From Phoronis australis (lineage: Eukaryota; Animalia; Phoronida): DNA of 64,000 nucleotides. Every line of letters starts with the position of its first letter. Within the stretch, counting starts at the first letter, position 1. The position numbers were made by a program, and so were the translations under genes. The notes under the pieces were generated by a model, which worked only from the letters and a program-made list of their open reading frames with translations, did no database searches and had not been told where the DNA came from. Below, piece after piece: positions 50,368 through 62,964 of the stretch. The DNA lies in assembly GCA_002633005.1 (NCBI GenBank), contig NMRA01000297.1, positions 481,085 through 545,084 on the forward strand, given 5' to 3'.

Positions 50368-51172
50368 GCCATTTTTACTGTTTTCGAGTCTGCCCCTCAA
50401 TCAAACAAACCATCTATAGAATGTTTGTGAAATTTGGCATAAACGTTCTTAGTGTGAAGAGAACGGTTGACGATAACCTTCCGACGACTTTGACTCCTCC
50501 TAATGGCAGTTTTGTTTTTGTAGCGCTCGCGGCTGTTTCTACTATACCCATTGCAGGATCTATATTAAATTTAGCAAGTGTATTTATATGAAGTTGACAC
50601 CAGACGTCGACGACTTTCAGACGCATCCAACAACGCTGTGCCCCCTAGTGAAAATTTCATTTTTTCCGTTTTCCCCTGTTGCTCTGAACTTCTTTGATGA
50701 ATTTTTATGAAATTTGGTAAACAGCTTTCTATTACAGAAACGGCGTTTTTGGATGATTTGACATATTTTACGCCATCTAAGGGCCATTTTTATTGTTTCC
50801 TAGTCTGTTTTTGGCGTCCGCCCTTCTGCCAACCAAACCACTCTAAGTATAATTTTGAAAATTGGCATATATGTTCTTAGTGTGAAGAGGACGGTTAACG
50901 ATGATTTTCCAACGACATCGACTACTGTGGCATCTCCTAGTGGCAGTTTTGTTTTTTGCGCCTTAAACCCACTGCAGGATCTTGATTAATTTTAGTCAAT
51001 GTATTTATGTGAAGTTAACAACGGACGACGATGACTTTCCAATGAATCTGTGCCCCTAGGGGCAATTTCAAGTTTTTTGTTTTCCTCTTACTTCTAAGTT
51101 CCTTGACGGATTTTTATTGGATTTGGTAAATTGCTTTCTATTACAGAAACAATGACGTATTCCCGTTTTGGG
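50368..51172. repeat. Two diverged tandem ~410-bp units, possibly inside a Helentron-associated (HINE-like) element
   Basis: ggccattttta..., gttcttagtgtgaagag and gctttctattacagaaac each occur twice about 410 bp apart. Confidence 0.65.
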
Positions 51173-52638
51173 ATGGATAAGACGTATTTTGCGGTTTTTA
51201 AGTGTTGTGTGGAAGTGCATCATACACTAAACCTAGCCCACCTTCAAAAAACTATGGTTTTGAGCCCGCCACATGAACGGAATTTACATATTGTGAAACT
51301 TTTAGCTGGTACGTCGCAACAACACCCAATTGTTTAAATACTGGTTTGGAAAGCCGGTAACTTGGATATCACTGAAAGTATTATGTTTTCAATCGTAAAT
51401 ATCCTTACCTGTTGTTTTTCTGAAATTGCAAATTCCATTCGCGCACTGCCACAATGCTCGGCCGCCTTTGTGTAGTACAAAAAGCATTGCGTGACCCTTT
51501 GTATGTCCAATAACACGACACTTCTGCTCGTATCCACCGTCCTCTTTTCACGTGTGATCTCGAAGATCTTGATTAGTTTTAGTATGAACTTTGCTAAGAG
51601 TTTGAGAGGACTTTTTCAAGCGCATATTCAGGGGCTTGTCCAGGAGGTCTGAAAATAGACCAGCATGCACTGCAGGCAGAGCGTGGGATTCTTAGTCCAT
51701 TACGGTATTTAAAAACTGACTAAGCAAGGGGGAATGGGCACCCTTCATAAGATATTATTTCATTACATGAAAACTGATACTTCTGTCCACTGATGGTCTG
51801 GAATACAGTTTGATAATTTTGACCCACCTCCCTGTGGAATAACACTTTTCACTTACGCAACTAGCAATGTGACCAATCAGATACCATAAAAATTACAAAC
51901 CCTGACAACAAAGCAAGCACACAATGTCAGTACATCAAAGCATTAAAGAAGTAACAGTAGCTATATAATAAAAGAAATATAGACTGATCTATCGGGCCGA
52001 TTAGATTACATAGACCTGAAAGGGGCATATGCTGCATTTAAGGTGATTCATTGGCAAACAGCTTCAAATGCTGTAACAGCAATTAAATGGGGTCCTCCAA
52101 CTTTGGCTAATCTGTTGACCTACAGACAGTGCACAGTAGCACGCATGGTTATCACCGATTCTGTGTAAGCGATAAAGATGTTCACTAACGTGTGCAGTCA
52201 ATGAGACCAGTTGTGTGTCCCTGATTTAGTAGCTTGAACGTGCTGCGTCAGTTGAGGGGGACTCTTCCTCTTATCCGTGACTTTCTGGAAGACAGGAAGC
52301 TGCTTAGAACCTGTTTAAAATATATAGAACAGTTTAAATTCCTTTTATGTAAACACGATAATAGTACATACAAAACTCTTCAATCCAAAATACGCATTAC
52401 AGACAAAATTGTTTTCATGTTGACGTGCATAATACCTGTGACAAATACATATACAATAAGCTTTGAAAAGTGAACAATGATCGAGATTCATTGTCAGTAG
52501 GTAAATGTTGCATCTAGAAGAAAATCAAGCAAATGGAAAATCTATTAACCTCTGTTTCCACATTTTGAGAATGATAATTTATTTGTCAGCATATTTAAAC
52601 AAGATCACCCATCGTATTCAAGTATTTTATGAACTATA

Positions 52639-52947
52639 CAATGGCGGATCTAGGATACCATAAGGGGGGCGGCCCAACATGTTGCCTTAGGGAATTGGGC
52701 AAAGCGCGATTGCATGTGCACAGGAGGCCCGAAAGTTGTGGGAGCCAAGGATGTGGACCTTCTGTTCAGAAAATCTATCGGTGGACTAAAAAAAAACGGG
52801 AACATGATTCCGCCTCGATCTGGGATCTGAGCCCCCCATCCGCTACAGGTCCTAGTTACTGAACTTTCTTTTTCTTCGCGCTTCACGCTGTTTCTGTTTC
52901 ATTTTGCTGGCGGTAGCCAAGGGGCGGGGGCCGGGCCCCCGCCTATG
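52639..52947. mobile_element. MITE, inverted copy of 38361-38668
   Basis: CAATGGCGGATCTAGG...CCGCCTATG, flanks CTATA/CTAAA. Confidence 0.8.
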
Positions 52948-53240
52948 CTAAAGATAACTAAATACAACCGATAAATGAAAGCGTTGATGGAACAAACACT
53001 TTCCTGACAGAAGACAACCTTTCAGCAAAATGACAACTGCATAAAAAGCTGAAAATCCCCTATCTTGCATAACGAAAAACCAATATTAACACAACTTTGA
53101 TATGTCATTTCCTCTGTATGCTCCTCACTCACATGGGGACATTTGTATCAAACATTACTGTATGCCACCATGTTTCAGTCCAGTTGTTAAATGTTATCAA
53201 CTGTATTTCAAGATTTCGACAACCTGCAAAAGACGCATAT

Positions 53241-55979
53241 GGGCAATTCCGTGAAAAGGTCAACCTCGAGAGAAAAAATTAAAATTGTGGCTACAGTAAC
53301 ATGTCTGGTCTCATCTGAAAGCCCATTCTCTCTAGTTTCAGAAGCTATATTTGACTGTCCTATAACTTATTTTTGGCCTAAATGGACCCATTTTTGGGGT
53401 CACTTGACCCTAAAAAATTAGCTTGATTTTCATGTGTGTTGCTAATTCTTGTCATAAAAAGCTAATTATGGGTATTTCCCTGTACTATCAAATTTGTGCA
53501 ATCACATGAACCCCAAACTTCATAAAACATAACATTTCAACTTTGGCACATCATCGACCTGTTGGGTTCAAAGGTCAACTCCTGGATATCATGGTGCCGT
53601 ACGTCCATCACAAAAAAGGGTTAAAAAGTTTAGTAACGTTAAAAATTTCAGTCAAAATTAAAATAATTTCATATTCTCTTTTAACTTGTTACTAAATACT
53701 ATTGACCAAAATTTTAGATCCCAGGGATAATTCGTTAAGTCAGAAATTGCGTGAGAGACGTACAGTAAATTTGTACGTCCATCACGTACGTCCGTCACAT
53801 CCATGAAATAACAAGTTTTCAGCAAATAAAAGTAACCTCAGGTCATATATTTTCATTCTAAACTTACAGAAGATAAAATGTATCACACACCTAAGAAATT
53901 TTAAAAAATAAAATATTTCAAAGGCAGCTTTAAAATTGTGTGAATAAGTTGCTACAAATTTAAACTAAATGCATTGTATTTTTTCAATTTCAAAAGTGTT
54001 TGCAGAAAAGTTATAGTTTACAATGTCATCTAGTTAATCTACGTAGAATTTAACTTATTAAAACCAGACAGTTGGTCCACATTATAAAATGTAATTAAAA
54101 CAAAATGCTAATTTAATGAAATTATTGTTTATCTGTTCTTACCCGTGTTTATAAAGAAATGCTTAGCTTTTGGAAAATTCAACATGCAAAATCTTTATAC
54201 AAAAGAACTCCTAAGGTACTCTAGAGTATAAATAACAAGAGACCTAAAGGAATACATGTCAAGTTGCTATTGCGCTGGAATCAACATGTTATTTCTGCTC
54301 TGACCTGCTATGCTGTGTTGGGTGTTGAAAAAGCCTATACCGAGCATTTTTAAGCGGTAGGAACCTTTCACCTACTTTATTGGGCATTTTTGTCACAGCT
54401 TCACTTATTTTATTCACCCCTTTTGTGTTTTTCAGTGTATTGGGTCATTGTTTGGCTTGTATGAAATGATTCAAAGCAGATGATTACATTGTCTCTCTCA
54501 TCTTAAGTATTTTTGATCCCTCAATCTTTTTAAAAATTAGACTACCGGTAAATTTTTTTTCTGCTGAGCTTCCAGGATATTAAATCGTCTAATAGAGCAA
54601 ATTGTTGGAGACCAGAAAAAGAACAGATGCAAGTGGGAGAAGAGTAAATACCTCCCCGAATGTTCTTTGAAACTCGAAAAAAATGTCATCGTGGATCAAG
54701 AAAGTCATAATTGTACTTGTGCATACTGTGATGTGACATTATTTAAAGCAGCCTCTCCTTAAATTTGAAAAGAAGTCATGAGTTAAAGAGCTGGATTAAA
54801 ACCTAGTCATACTGATCACTAAATGGAAACCAACATCTGATAAGTTAGTTCTACATATTCCTAAATCATAATCCTAAATGCAATTAATTAAAAAATGTCT
54901 TGTTTTCATAGACAGCACAGGTGATCTTAATCAAAATACGTTTGCCAAAAGTGATGTCAACAAAACCATTCTTCACACTTTTCTTTAAGAAAATACTGAA
55001 GTCCTGTTACTAATACTTTTTTAAAAACCCATGATTATTACTTACATGGCATGCATCAGAACCATCAACGGCATGGTCCAGAGAATAATTTTATGCAAGC
55101 TTAGGGCGAGTTTTAATTTAAAAAACAATTAATTAAAATGTGTTTTTATGACAGTGGTTAGTAATGTTTTAAAATTTTACTTCAGATTTTATATTTTGAC
55201 AGTCACATTTACTTATTGGTTTTAAATTAGTATTTTATTTAGCACATAAAAACAGGTTTTCCTGATAACTAATAGCCGTCAAATACAAAATGATTATCAC
55301 TCTCATTTCCACCTATATGACTTGCCATTTCCAAAGGGAAGTGAAGATTTTAGGAGGTTTTTATATCTTTAATTAAATGTGTTGAAAAGTTTAAATCCTA
55401 GAGTATATTCCTAGCTTAGGCCTACCTGTGATGGTTTCTTATGAAAGGTCAATCGGTACATTTTAATTAAAAAGCATTGAATTAGTAGCAAAAGACCAAC
55501 ATAGCTTAAGTACTGCAAAAGCTTGTATCATTTTAAAGTGATATCTTAGTCACAACAAACAATTTAATACTAGAAATTCAGACGGTGTGTCCATCACGTC
55601 CGTCCGTCACACTAACTGAACTTCTATCGATCTGTCTGACAAAAAATTCTTGAAAGATATCATAAAAAATTAGTGTGCTGTACTTTGCAAACATTCCACT
55701 ATATCATCATACAAAACAAAAAATTGTAACTTAATGCAACTCACAGAAAATTAACGCTAATTTTTTTTAAATTCAAATTCTCTGCGTACGTCCGTCACAC
55801 CCCTTTAAAGGTAATTTTGTTAGTCAGATAAAAAAGATAGGGGAAAATTTGATACATGCTTTGAAAGCTATAAGTGAGACCTATCAAGTGATGTATTAAT
55901 TATTTTCCTAGGATGAACAATTTTTATCAATTGATCAAAATGTTCTGTGATTGTACGTCCATCACAAATGGAATTGCCC
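53241..55979. mobile_element. Non-autonomous Sola2-like element with 4-bp TSD ATAT
   Basis: ATAT|GGGCAATTCC...GGAATTGCCC|ATAT, with cgtcc(a/g)tcac motifs repeated near both ends. Confidence 0.75.
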
Positions 55980-56269
55980 ATATTCACTCAGTCTAACATG
56001 GTTGCTTTTCAATCAGCGAATGCTGGGCAGTGGTCTGTAAAATATTGTGTCAAAGCAAGTGGTATGGACAGTATTATTTCACTGGGCCACTTTTGTCTGC
56101 GTATCATAAAGTCTTTACATACGTTGACGTATTGTTATGTGGGTCTGTAGCAGAGAAAGGCAAAAATATCGTAGGCTAGAAAAGTCTTATCATCTCTATG
56201 AGAACATTCAAACCTGTCCCCATACCAAAAGACCATGTTTGCTGCAAGCTTACAGCATTGCAGCAAACC

Positions 56270-56610
56270 AGCCGCAAAGTTTGCAGGAATGTTGCGGCAA
56301 ACTTGGTGATTGTAAAAGTGTTTGCGGGAAAGTTGAAGGAAACTTTATTGTTGAAAAGTGTTTGCAGGAAAGTTGCAGGAAACTTTATTGTTGAAAAGTG
56401 TTTGCGGGAAAGTTGCAGACAACATTATTGGTGAAAGTGTTTGCGGGAAAGTTGCACGAAACTTTACTGATGAAAAAGTGTTTGCGGGAAAGTTGCAGGA
56501 AACTTTATGGGTGAAAAAGTGTTTGCGGTAAAGTTACAGGAAACTTTATTGGTGAAATGTGTTCTCAGGAATAGGTGAAAAAGTGCTTACACGAAATTTG
56601 CAGTAAACTT
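56270..56610. repeat. 40-bp minisatellite (GAAAAGTGTTTGCGGGAAAGTTGCAGGAAACTTTATTGTT)
   Basis: About eight abutting units. Confidence 0.9.
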
Positions 56611-58399
56611 CAATGTTTAAAGTGTTGGCATTAAGATTGTGACAATGCTAGAAATTATTTTCTAAATTTCAAAGAAACCTCAAATCCCAGAACCTAAGCA
56701 GGGCAGTTACTTATTTTAGATTACTTACCTAAATGTGACCTACTATTGGGTAAGTTACATTGTTAAAAACTGCAAATGCTCAAAGATGACCAAATGCGAC
56801 CTAAAACACTAGAGCATATAACTGCATCTGTATGTACTTTGTTTTTATTCAGTCGCTATACTTAACAAGTTTTCAACTTTCATACTGCTGTCAAAGTCAG
56901 TACAGCAAAATATTAAATGCAATTGCTTTAAAACAACAAAGGCAGTGTTACCTGCATGTTCTGTAAACAAGCACAATAAATATCAAAACAAACCATACAC
57001 AAATATGTGATCCAGTTTTACCAAATGTGCAAGTATTAGCATTTAGAGCAATTTGTACATGTCCAACATCTGAAATTATCTCATAATCAGGTGGTAGTTG
57101 CCAATGTAGCTATAGTAAATTTTTGTCTGTTTCGAACAAAAATAATTGCCAAAAATTACCCATTTTGATTTTTCAAGGACATTTGTGAAGACTCACAATT
57201 TTTTCAAACTATTGTCTGTCAGCAGCAATGGTACGGACTTGAATATGACTCGGGATTCTTGTGACCTTATATAATTGTTTTATGCTTCTAGGGTTATTGT
57301 TCATTTTAATCATACTAGCTCAGCTACATGTTGAACTGCTAGGACTGATTTCTAGGAATGCCTCTTGGAATACATGTTTAATGCCTCTAGGGCTGTTGAT
57401 TGTTTATTTAAATTATGCTAGCCCAGCCACATGTTGATCTGGTGGGACTGTTATGAAGGAAAGCATGTGGTTGTCAAGGAAGTGACCTATAAGGTTTCAT
57501 TTGAACCAAATTCAAACGATTTTGGTACAGCCTAGACTCTACATGAATAACTGAGGAACTGTATGGATGTGAGTTTTGAATTTAAAATTGTATTATGTTG
57601 ATGTGATTGTTAAGTAAAATTACTTAGACTTCATTCATAAATCAGTAGTTTTGGTCTTACAAACAAAAGGAAGTAGCTTTTCATACTGATTCAGCCAAAT
57701 TGGGGGTTATAATGCATGGTTAGGGAAAAGTACAGCACAGGTTTCAAATGAGTTAACTAGGGTTGAGACCAGAATCAACCAGTTTCCAAAACGTTGTCAA
57801 GTTACATGTAACCAGTCCTTCAAAATAATCACTTAATTGAGACTGTAAAACTTAAGTTTGTGTCAATTTTCACATCGCTCTCTGACTGTTTGATTCACTT
57901 TAAGAACAACAAATTTTTATTTTGGTTAAATGCATGGTAACTATTGGGCGCAAAATAAGATTAGCATATTGTATATTTAACTACTGGTAGGTGTTTTAAC
58001 TGTCATCACCTTCAGTCATACGCCAGTTCTCAGTCTGCAGTCAAACTATTGAACACAAGTTCAACTGTCTGTTCATACATGAGCAGAAGAGCAAAAGTTC
58101 GACTTAAAACGTAATTGAGATTCTAATAATGCTATCGCAAATGCCTTTTTGTGGAAAGTGAAATGGCATTGATGCTTTAGGTTTATGAATATTAAGTGAC
58201 ATAATGCACTTGATGAAAGCCAGAGACACTGCAGAGGTTACGAGGCAACAAGTTTGAGTTGAAAACACTGGAACAAATGGCGTACACAGCATCTCAAGAT
58301 TGGCTCGAACAAACATGGATGAAAACACTAGCGATGATTCCATATAAACCCTATGGAAAACCACTGATTGCTGTAATGCAGATTAGTCTGGAGTAGAAT

Positions 58400-58790
58400 G
58401 TGTTTAGAACGTCCACTAGTATGGTTACAACTGGATAACCTCTGAAGTTGTTCTTTTCAACACCATGATTATATTGTAGAATGGAAAGGTATAATTTATG
58501 TTTCATGCCTTAGATAAATGAATGATGTTATTGGATGATATCGCTATAGTCGAAATATTGCAAATTTCAACATCATAAGGCCTACAAGTTCAATGATAGC
58601 CCATTCAGTAGACTGATGTATCATGAAACCATATTGGGAAGCAAAAATAGTAATCGATGAAGTATTCCGACAGTTTCCAAGTATTTTAGATGAACATGGA
58701 AAAATAAATATGTTTATAATTGTTAAGAGTGATTTTTCAGTTGACAAGTAACGAGGTAATTTCCAGATAATAACAAATAACAAATAACAC
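58400..58790 (-). mobile_element. Old CR1/L2-like LINE RT fragment
   Basis: FPCSSKILG...QYGFMIHQSTEWAIIELV...HLSKA* are decayed LPxxSKILEK / QYGFRxxxST / DLSKAFD motifs. Confidence 0.6.
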
Positions 58791-59041
58791 GTGGAACCCT
58801 AAAGGCACGAAAACGAGACTGCAAATGTGCCTGGTGGATGTTTATGGCATTGTGGATAAATACAGGGAGATTCAAGTGATGCTGTGTAATCAGGGACAGC
58901 CCTTTTACTGTTGATCAAGACTCAAAATATATTTATATAATCTAGGAATTTTGCTAAATTGCCTAGTATGTAGTTGTGAAATTGCAGGGTAAATACCAAT
59001 ATGTAATATCATAACACCTGGTGACATTGTATTTTGTGCAG

Positions 59042-61189
59042 GCAGCAAACCACAAGGAGTGCACCGATCTCCAGAAGTGGACTAAGTCGGTGACCAACCA
59101 CTTCTGGTATTGTGCGCAACAAGCACGCTCAAAGGAAGAATTTACGGTATGTAGTACAGTTTGCAACAGACATTTGTGGTTGTGGTATGATAAAAATATG
59201 GGTCGTTAACAGCTTTTCTAAATAATGTGATCAAACAACTAAGGCTAATTTTTTGTTAAGACAATTAATGTGTTGTCAGTGCAAAACTTTGAAATCTGGA
59301 ATTTTTTTAAACCAGTCCAGCATAATATTTTTCAATGGCTTGTGTGGCTTCTCAAAACCAACCAGAGGTCTGACCTTGCAGGAGACAAAATAGTTATTTT
59401 GGCATCTAACTATTTTCAACAGGCCGACACTGAGCTCCTGTCTCCTACCTCTGTACTCAAACAGAAAATTAAGCAATCACATTGCATGATTCAGTACAAA
59501 TGTGTAAGTTTACTCAAACCGTGTTATGCAATTGCTCACTTTTCGATTACAGTATTGAGTATAGGTGACCCTTACCATACATATACTTTTCTTATTTTCA
59601 GGGAATGTGGTTTGGCATTGTCAATCATGTTGTTGATGTGCATGACTGGTCCATGCCCATAACCACTCCTGGTACTGATAAATGTCAAGGTGACCACCAT
59701 GCCCGTGACCCTGATAAGTACCTGATCAAAGGATCACCAGGTCATGAGAGCTTGAGGAAAATAGTTTACGACAGGCGCCTCCTGAACAGGATTATTTTCT
59801 AAACTGCAGGTAAAAATCTTCCACATCATGGTTACTCGCAGTGTGATTGACATAAGGACACTGCCTCGTTTACAATCACCCATGATGTTAGCAAAATAAA
59901 GTTGTAAGACATTAAACAGTTCGCACTTTATCCAGTGATCTTTCACCCGGACTGGTTAATTCTGTGAACGCGTGTAATTTTTCTTAATTCTGTACAACTA
60001 ATTAGAGATTGGGTTATCATCCTGTTCATAATTTTGAGTTCTTACTAGGAAATTATGCTAATGCATCAAACTTAATGAATGTCCATGGGTGTTTGTTAGG
60101 TGTTTCTCAAGTGTCATGACAAGGGTGTTTTGAAAATTTCCACTGCCTTTTTAGGGTAATAGAATAAGCCAGGAAAGAATTCACGTACAGAAAACAGGAG
60201 AAGGACAGGCATGGCAATTTCCCCAGGAAATACTGACATTTGCCGATGGACTATTTTTTGTGTCAATGGTCATCTTTGGTTAGCATGCTCTCTCCCCTTT
60301 TGCGAATAAATGCTGGTGCTTATGAAATGCCTGAAAGATTGTCATTTTCGGATTACAAGCCCATGGGTATATTTTTGGAAAATCCCGTAGTTTATCTATC
60401 TGTTAGGATTGGTGTAGGCCAAGTATCACCAATGTCTCCTGAAGGCATGGGGATTGTGGTGAATGAATGCGAATGTTTCACAGGTAGTACAACTAACAAA
60501 AGTTCTAAAATGGCCTAAGTTTTTCATCTTATTTCTTTCAGGAGTACAGCTGAATTGGAGAATTTCAACCAGCTAGTGCTTATGTATGCTGGGAAGAGGT
60601 TTGCCTATGGGCCACCGGCATACAGGGCCAGAAACCTTTTGGCAGCTTTAGATTATAATGCCCATATTGACAGGGATGTCGTGGTCAACAAGAATGGGAC
60701 CATCAGGTAATTCAAAAGTTACATTTGTATTGCTTTTATGTTTACTGTTGTGGAAATGTGATTTTCTCAGACACATTGCCTTTCCCCTTAGTGCAATTTC
60801 ATGCTGTGGGATGATTAAACTAAGATTTTTATTTCAAAATGGGACACCAAGCGTGGCTGTTCTGCTTTGTCTAACATTGGTGTTGACATGTTTTTATGTT
60901 TGATTAAAATATGAACTAATCTCTTTTTTGTATTCTTTAAAGGTATGCTCGCAAATTTAATAAAAAATCCAGGCGTTACACTGTTCACCCGGTAAAGGTA
61001 GCAAAGACCTATCCACACATCAGGCCATTGATGGTGGCGATAGTTGAAAGAAGATTGAGAGACAACTTGGGAATGCATAGGAGAGTTCCAATTACGTTTG
61101 ATGACCCGCGCATCATCGCTCCCTCTGTAAGTGCTGTCACACCGTCACCTACTCATGTCCTACAAGCCGAGAAAGTGTCAAGATTCTAG
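59042..61189 (+). pseudogene. Spliced C-terminal half of a Kolobok-type transposase, frameshifted
   Basis: Exons 59042-59146 (LQKWTKSVTNHFWYCA), 59602-59809 (WFGIVNHVVDVHDW...; 208 nt, frameshift before YFLNCR), 60542-60706 (STAELENFNQLVLMYAGKRFAY...RNLLAALDYNAH) and 60943-61189 (YARKFNKKS...PVKVAKTY...KVSRF*). Confidence 0.8.
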
Positions 61190-61392
61190 TTGTGAGCTTG
61201 TCTACTTAATAATCTTCTCTCAGCTCACAAAAAGTTCTGTGAAAGGATTGCTATTCATTCCATTACTGAACCTACTAAGCTTTCCATGATCTTAAAAAAA
61301 TGGACAAATATTTCAGACTGAGGATGTTTATGTTCACAGTGGTTAGTAATACGATGAACCTGAAGCTTGTATAAAGATATATTTCTCAATAC

Positions 61393-62739
61393 TCAGTCTG
61401 TGCGGTTTGATACAAAACCTTTATACTGAGAAAATGGATCAGGAAACTTGTCCCTGATGCGCCAGACACAACAGCTAGGGATAACTTTTCTTTGTCCTGC
61501 AGTGAGCCTGCCAAAAGTCCACAATGTGTATTGTCTGTATGCCTGGTGCCTGTTTGTTTTGTTGTAGCTATCACCATCTTGGAAGGCCAAGACATCATTT
61601 CTGTAGTGCCGCGCTAAGGCTAACACAGTCTCATTGAGCACAAGGTACTCCATGTCCTATAAATAGTAGAAGTGAAATGCATATGAAAATATAATGCTGA
61701 GAATTTTCTGGTGTGCAGGTTATGGAAACTAAAATAATTCAAATACTGTAATCTCCCTGGCCAGTGCCCAGGACCCTCAAATTGGAAAGACACCAAAACT
61801 TGGAGGTGGACCCTTACCTCAACAATATTTTATAATAGGCTTTGAAAGCGAAGCTCAATTAGATTACTCAAATAAACAACAATGGAATTAGTAGCAAAGA
61901 ATTTTGAGAAAGTGCAAGTACAGGCAGACCACTATCTTTTTCGTCCGTAAATATGTGACTTCCCTTACAAAAATGATTAAATGGATGTCTATGTATAAAT
62001 AAACTAATGCTGTTGATACCTACATCCAAGAGACTTATGCAGTTTGGGAATACTTTGTTGCAACACAGTCGCTCATCCTCTGTGGGCATTTCCCGGCAAT
62101 GTCTGCAGGAACACCATGACGGTGGAGAAGCCTGTGGAGGCGGATGGTATCCTGAGCCTTCTGGTGCTGTAGGTGGATCCACCAGGTCAAAGATAAGCCC
62201 AGGCTCTCTTTCTACCACCTTCTCCAAAAGGTGTCGCACTTGCTCATTGCTCATTGCATTTATTCTACTCTGAAAATAAGGAAAGATTTTTCACCAATTA
62301 CGGAAAAGAAACATTTATCATGTCTTGTAGTGTAATAATTGCCTTGGCTAAAAGTTGAGATATAACAGTAGTTGGTGTCATGTATTATTTTGCATCATTA
62401 CACAAATGATAACCACATGAAATTCTGTGTCAAAAATGTAATGGCTCCCAATTTCTTCAAGATGTAATTTGACATAGATTGTCTGCTATAAAATGTTCTG
62501 TTTGTATACAAATCATATTTGTTTCACTTAGCTAGAGTTTACTATTCATGATTAAATACCTGTACGTCAGCTTTACGAGATGCATAAGCTTGCAGACCAC
62601 GTTGAGCTGGGGTCACTGAGGCTGTACCTGTAGTTGCTGTAGCAACTGACCTCCCTCTCCTCCCTCTACCTCCTCTCCTTGTTCTCCCTGCTCTCCCACG
62701 CCCTCTGGCAGAATAAAAAGGCCTTTTAGGGCTCCCACG
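61393..62739 (-). CDS. KolX / P2X7 cytoplasmic-ballast-like (nanor-like) Cys-rich protein, 5'-partial, three open exons
   Basis: Phase-0 exons 62739-62560 (RG-rich), 62269-62024 ([19 protein letters not shown]...CI) and 61656-61393 ([16 protein letters not shown]...[24 protein letters not shown]). Canonical splice sites and no stops. Confidence 0.85.
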
Positions 62740-62964
62740 CTAAAACAAAATAATTTCACTTAAACATAAAGTCTCAAAGGTCACCAAAAGTCATGTCTAA
62801 CTTACATTGAATGTAATTTTCAAACCAAAGGAAATGTTTTAAACTGGACTGGTAATGGGTGAACAAATTTGGTTCCTAACTGCATTCCATTAACGAGTTC
62901 TCGGCCTCAGTCTGGTGGTTTCAGTTATCACATTTTGGTACATGGATAAGTTGAAACATGTTGT

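Noticed and set aside
61393-62269. Calling this gene P2RX7
   Set aside because: There is no P2X channel ectodomain or TM helices. Only the ballast-like domain is present, in a transposon context.
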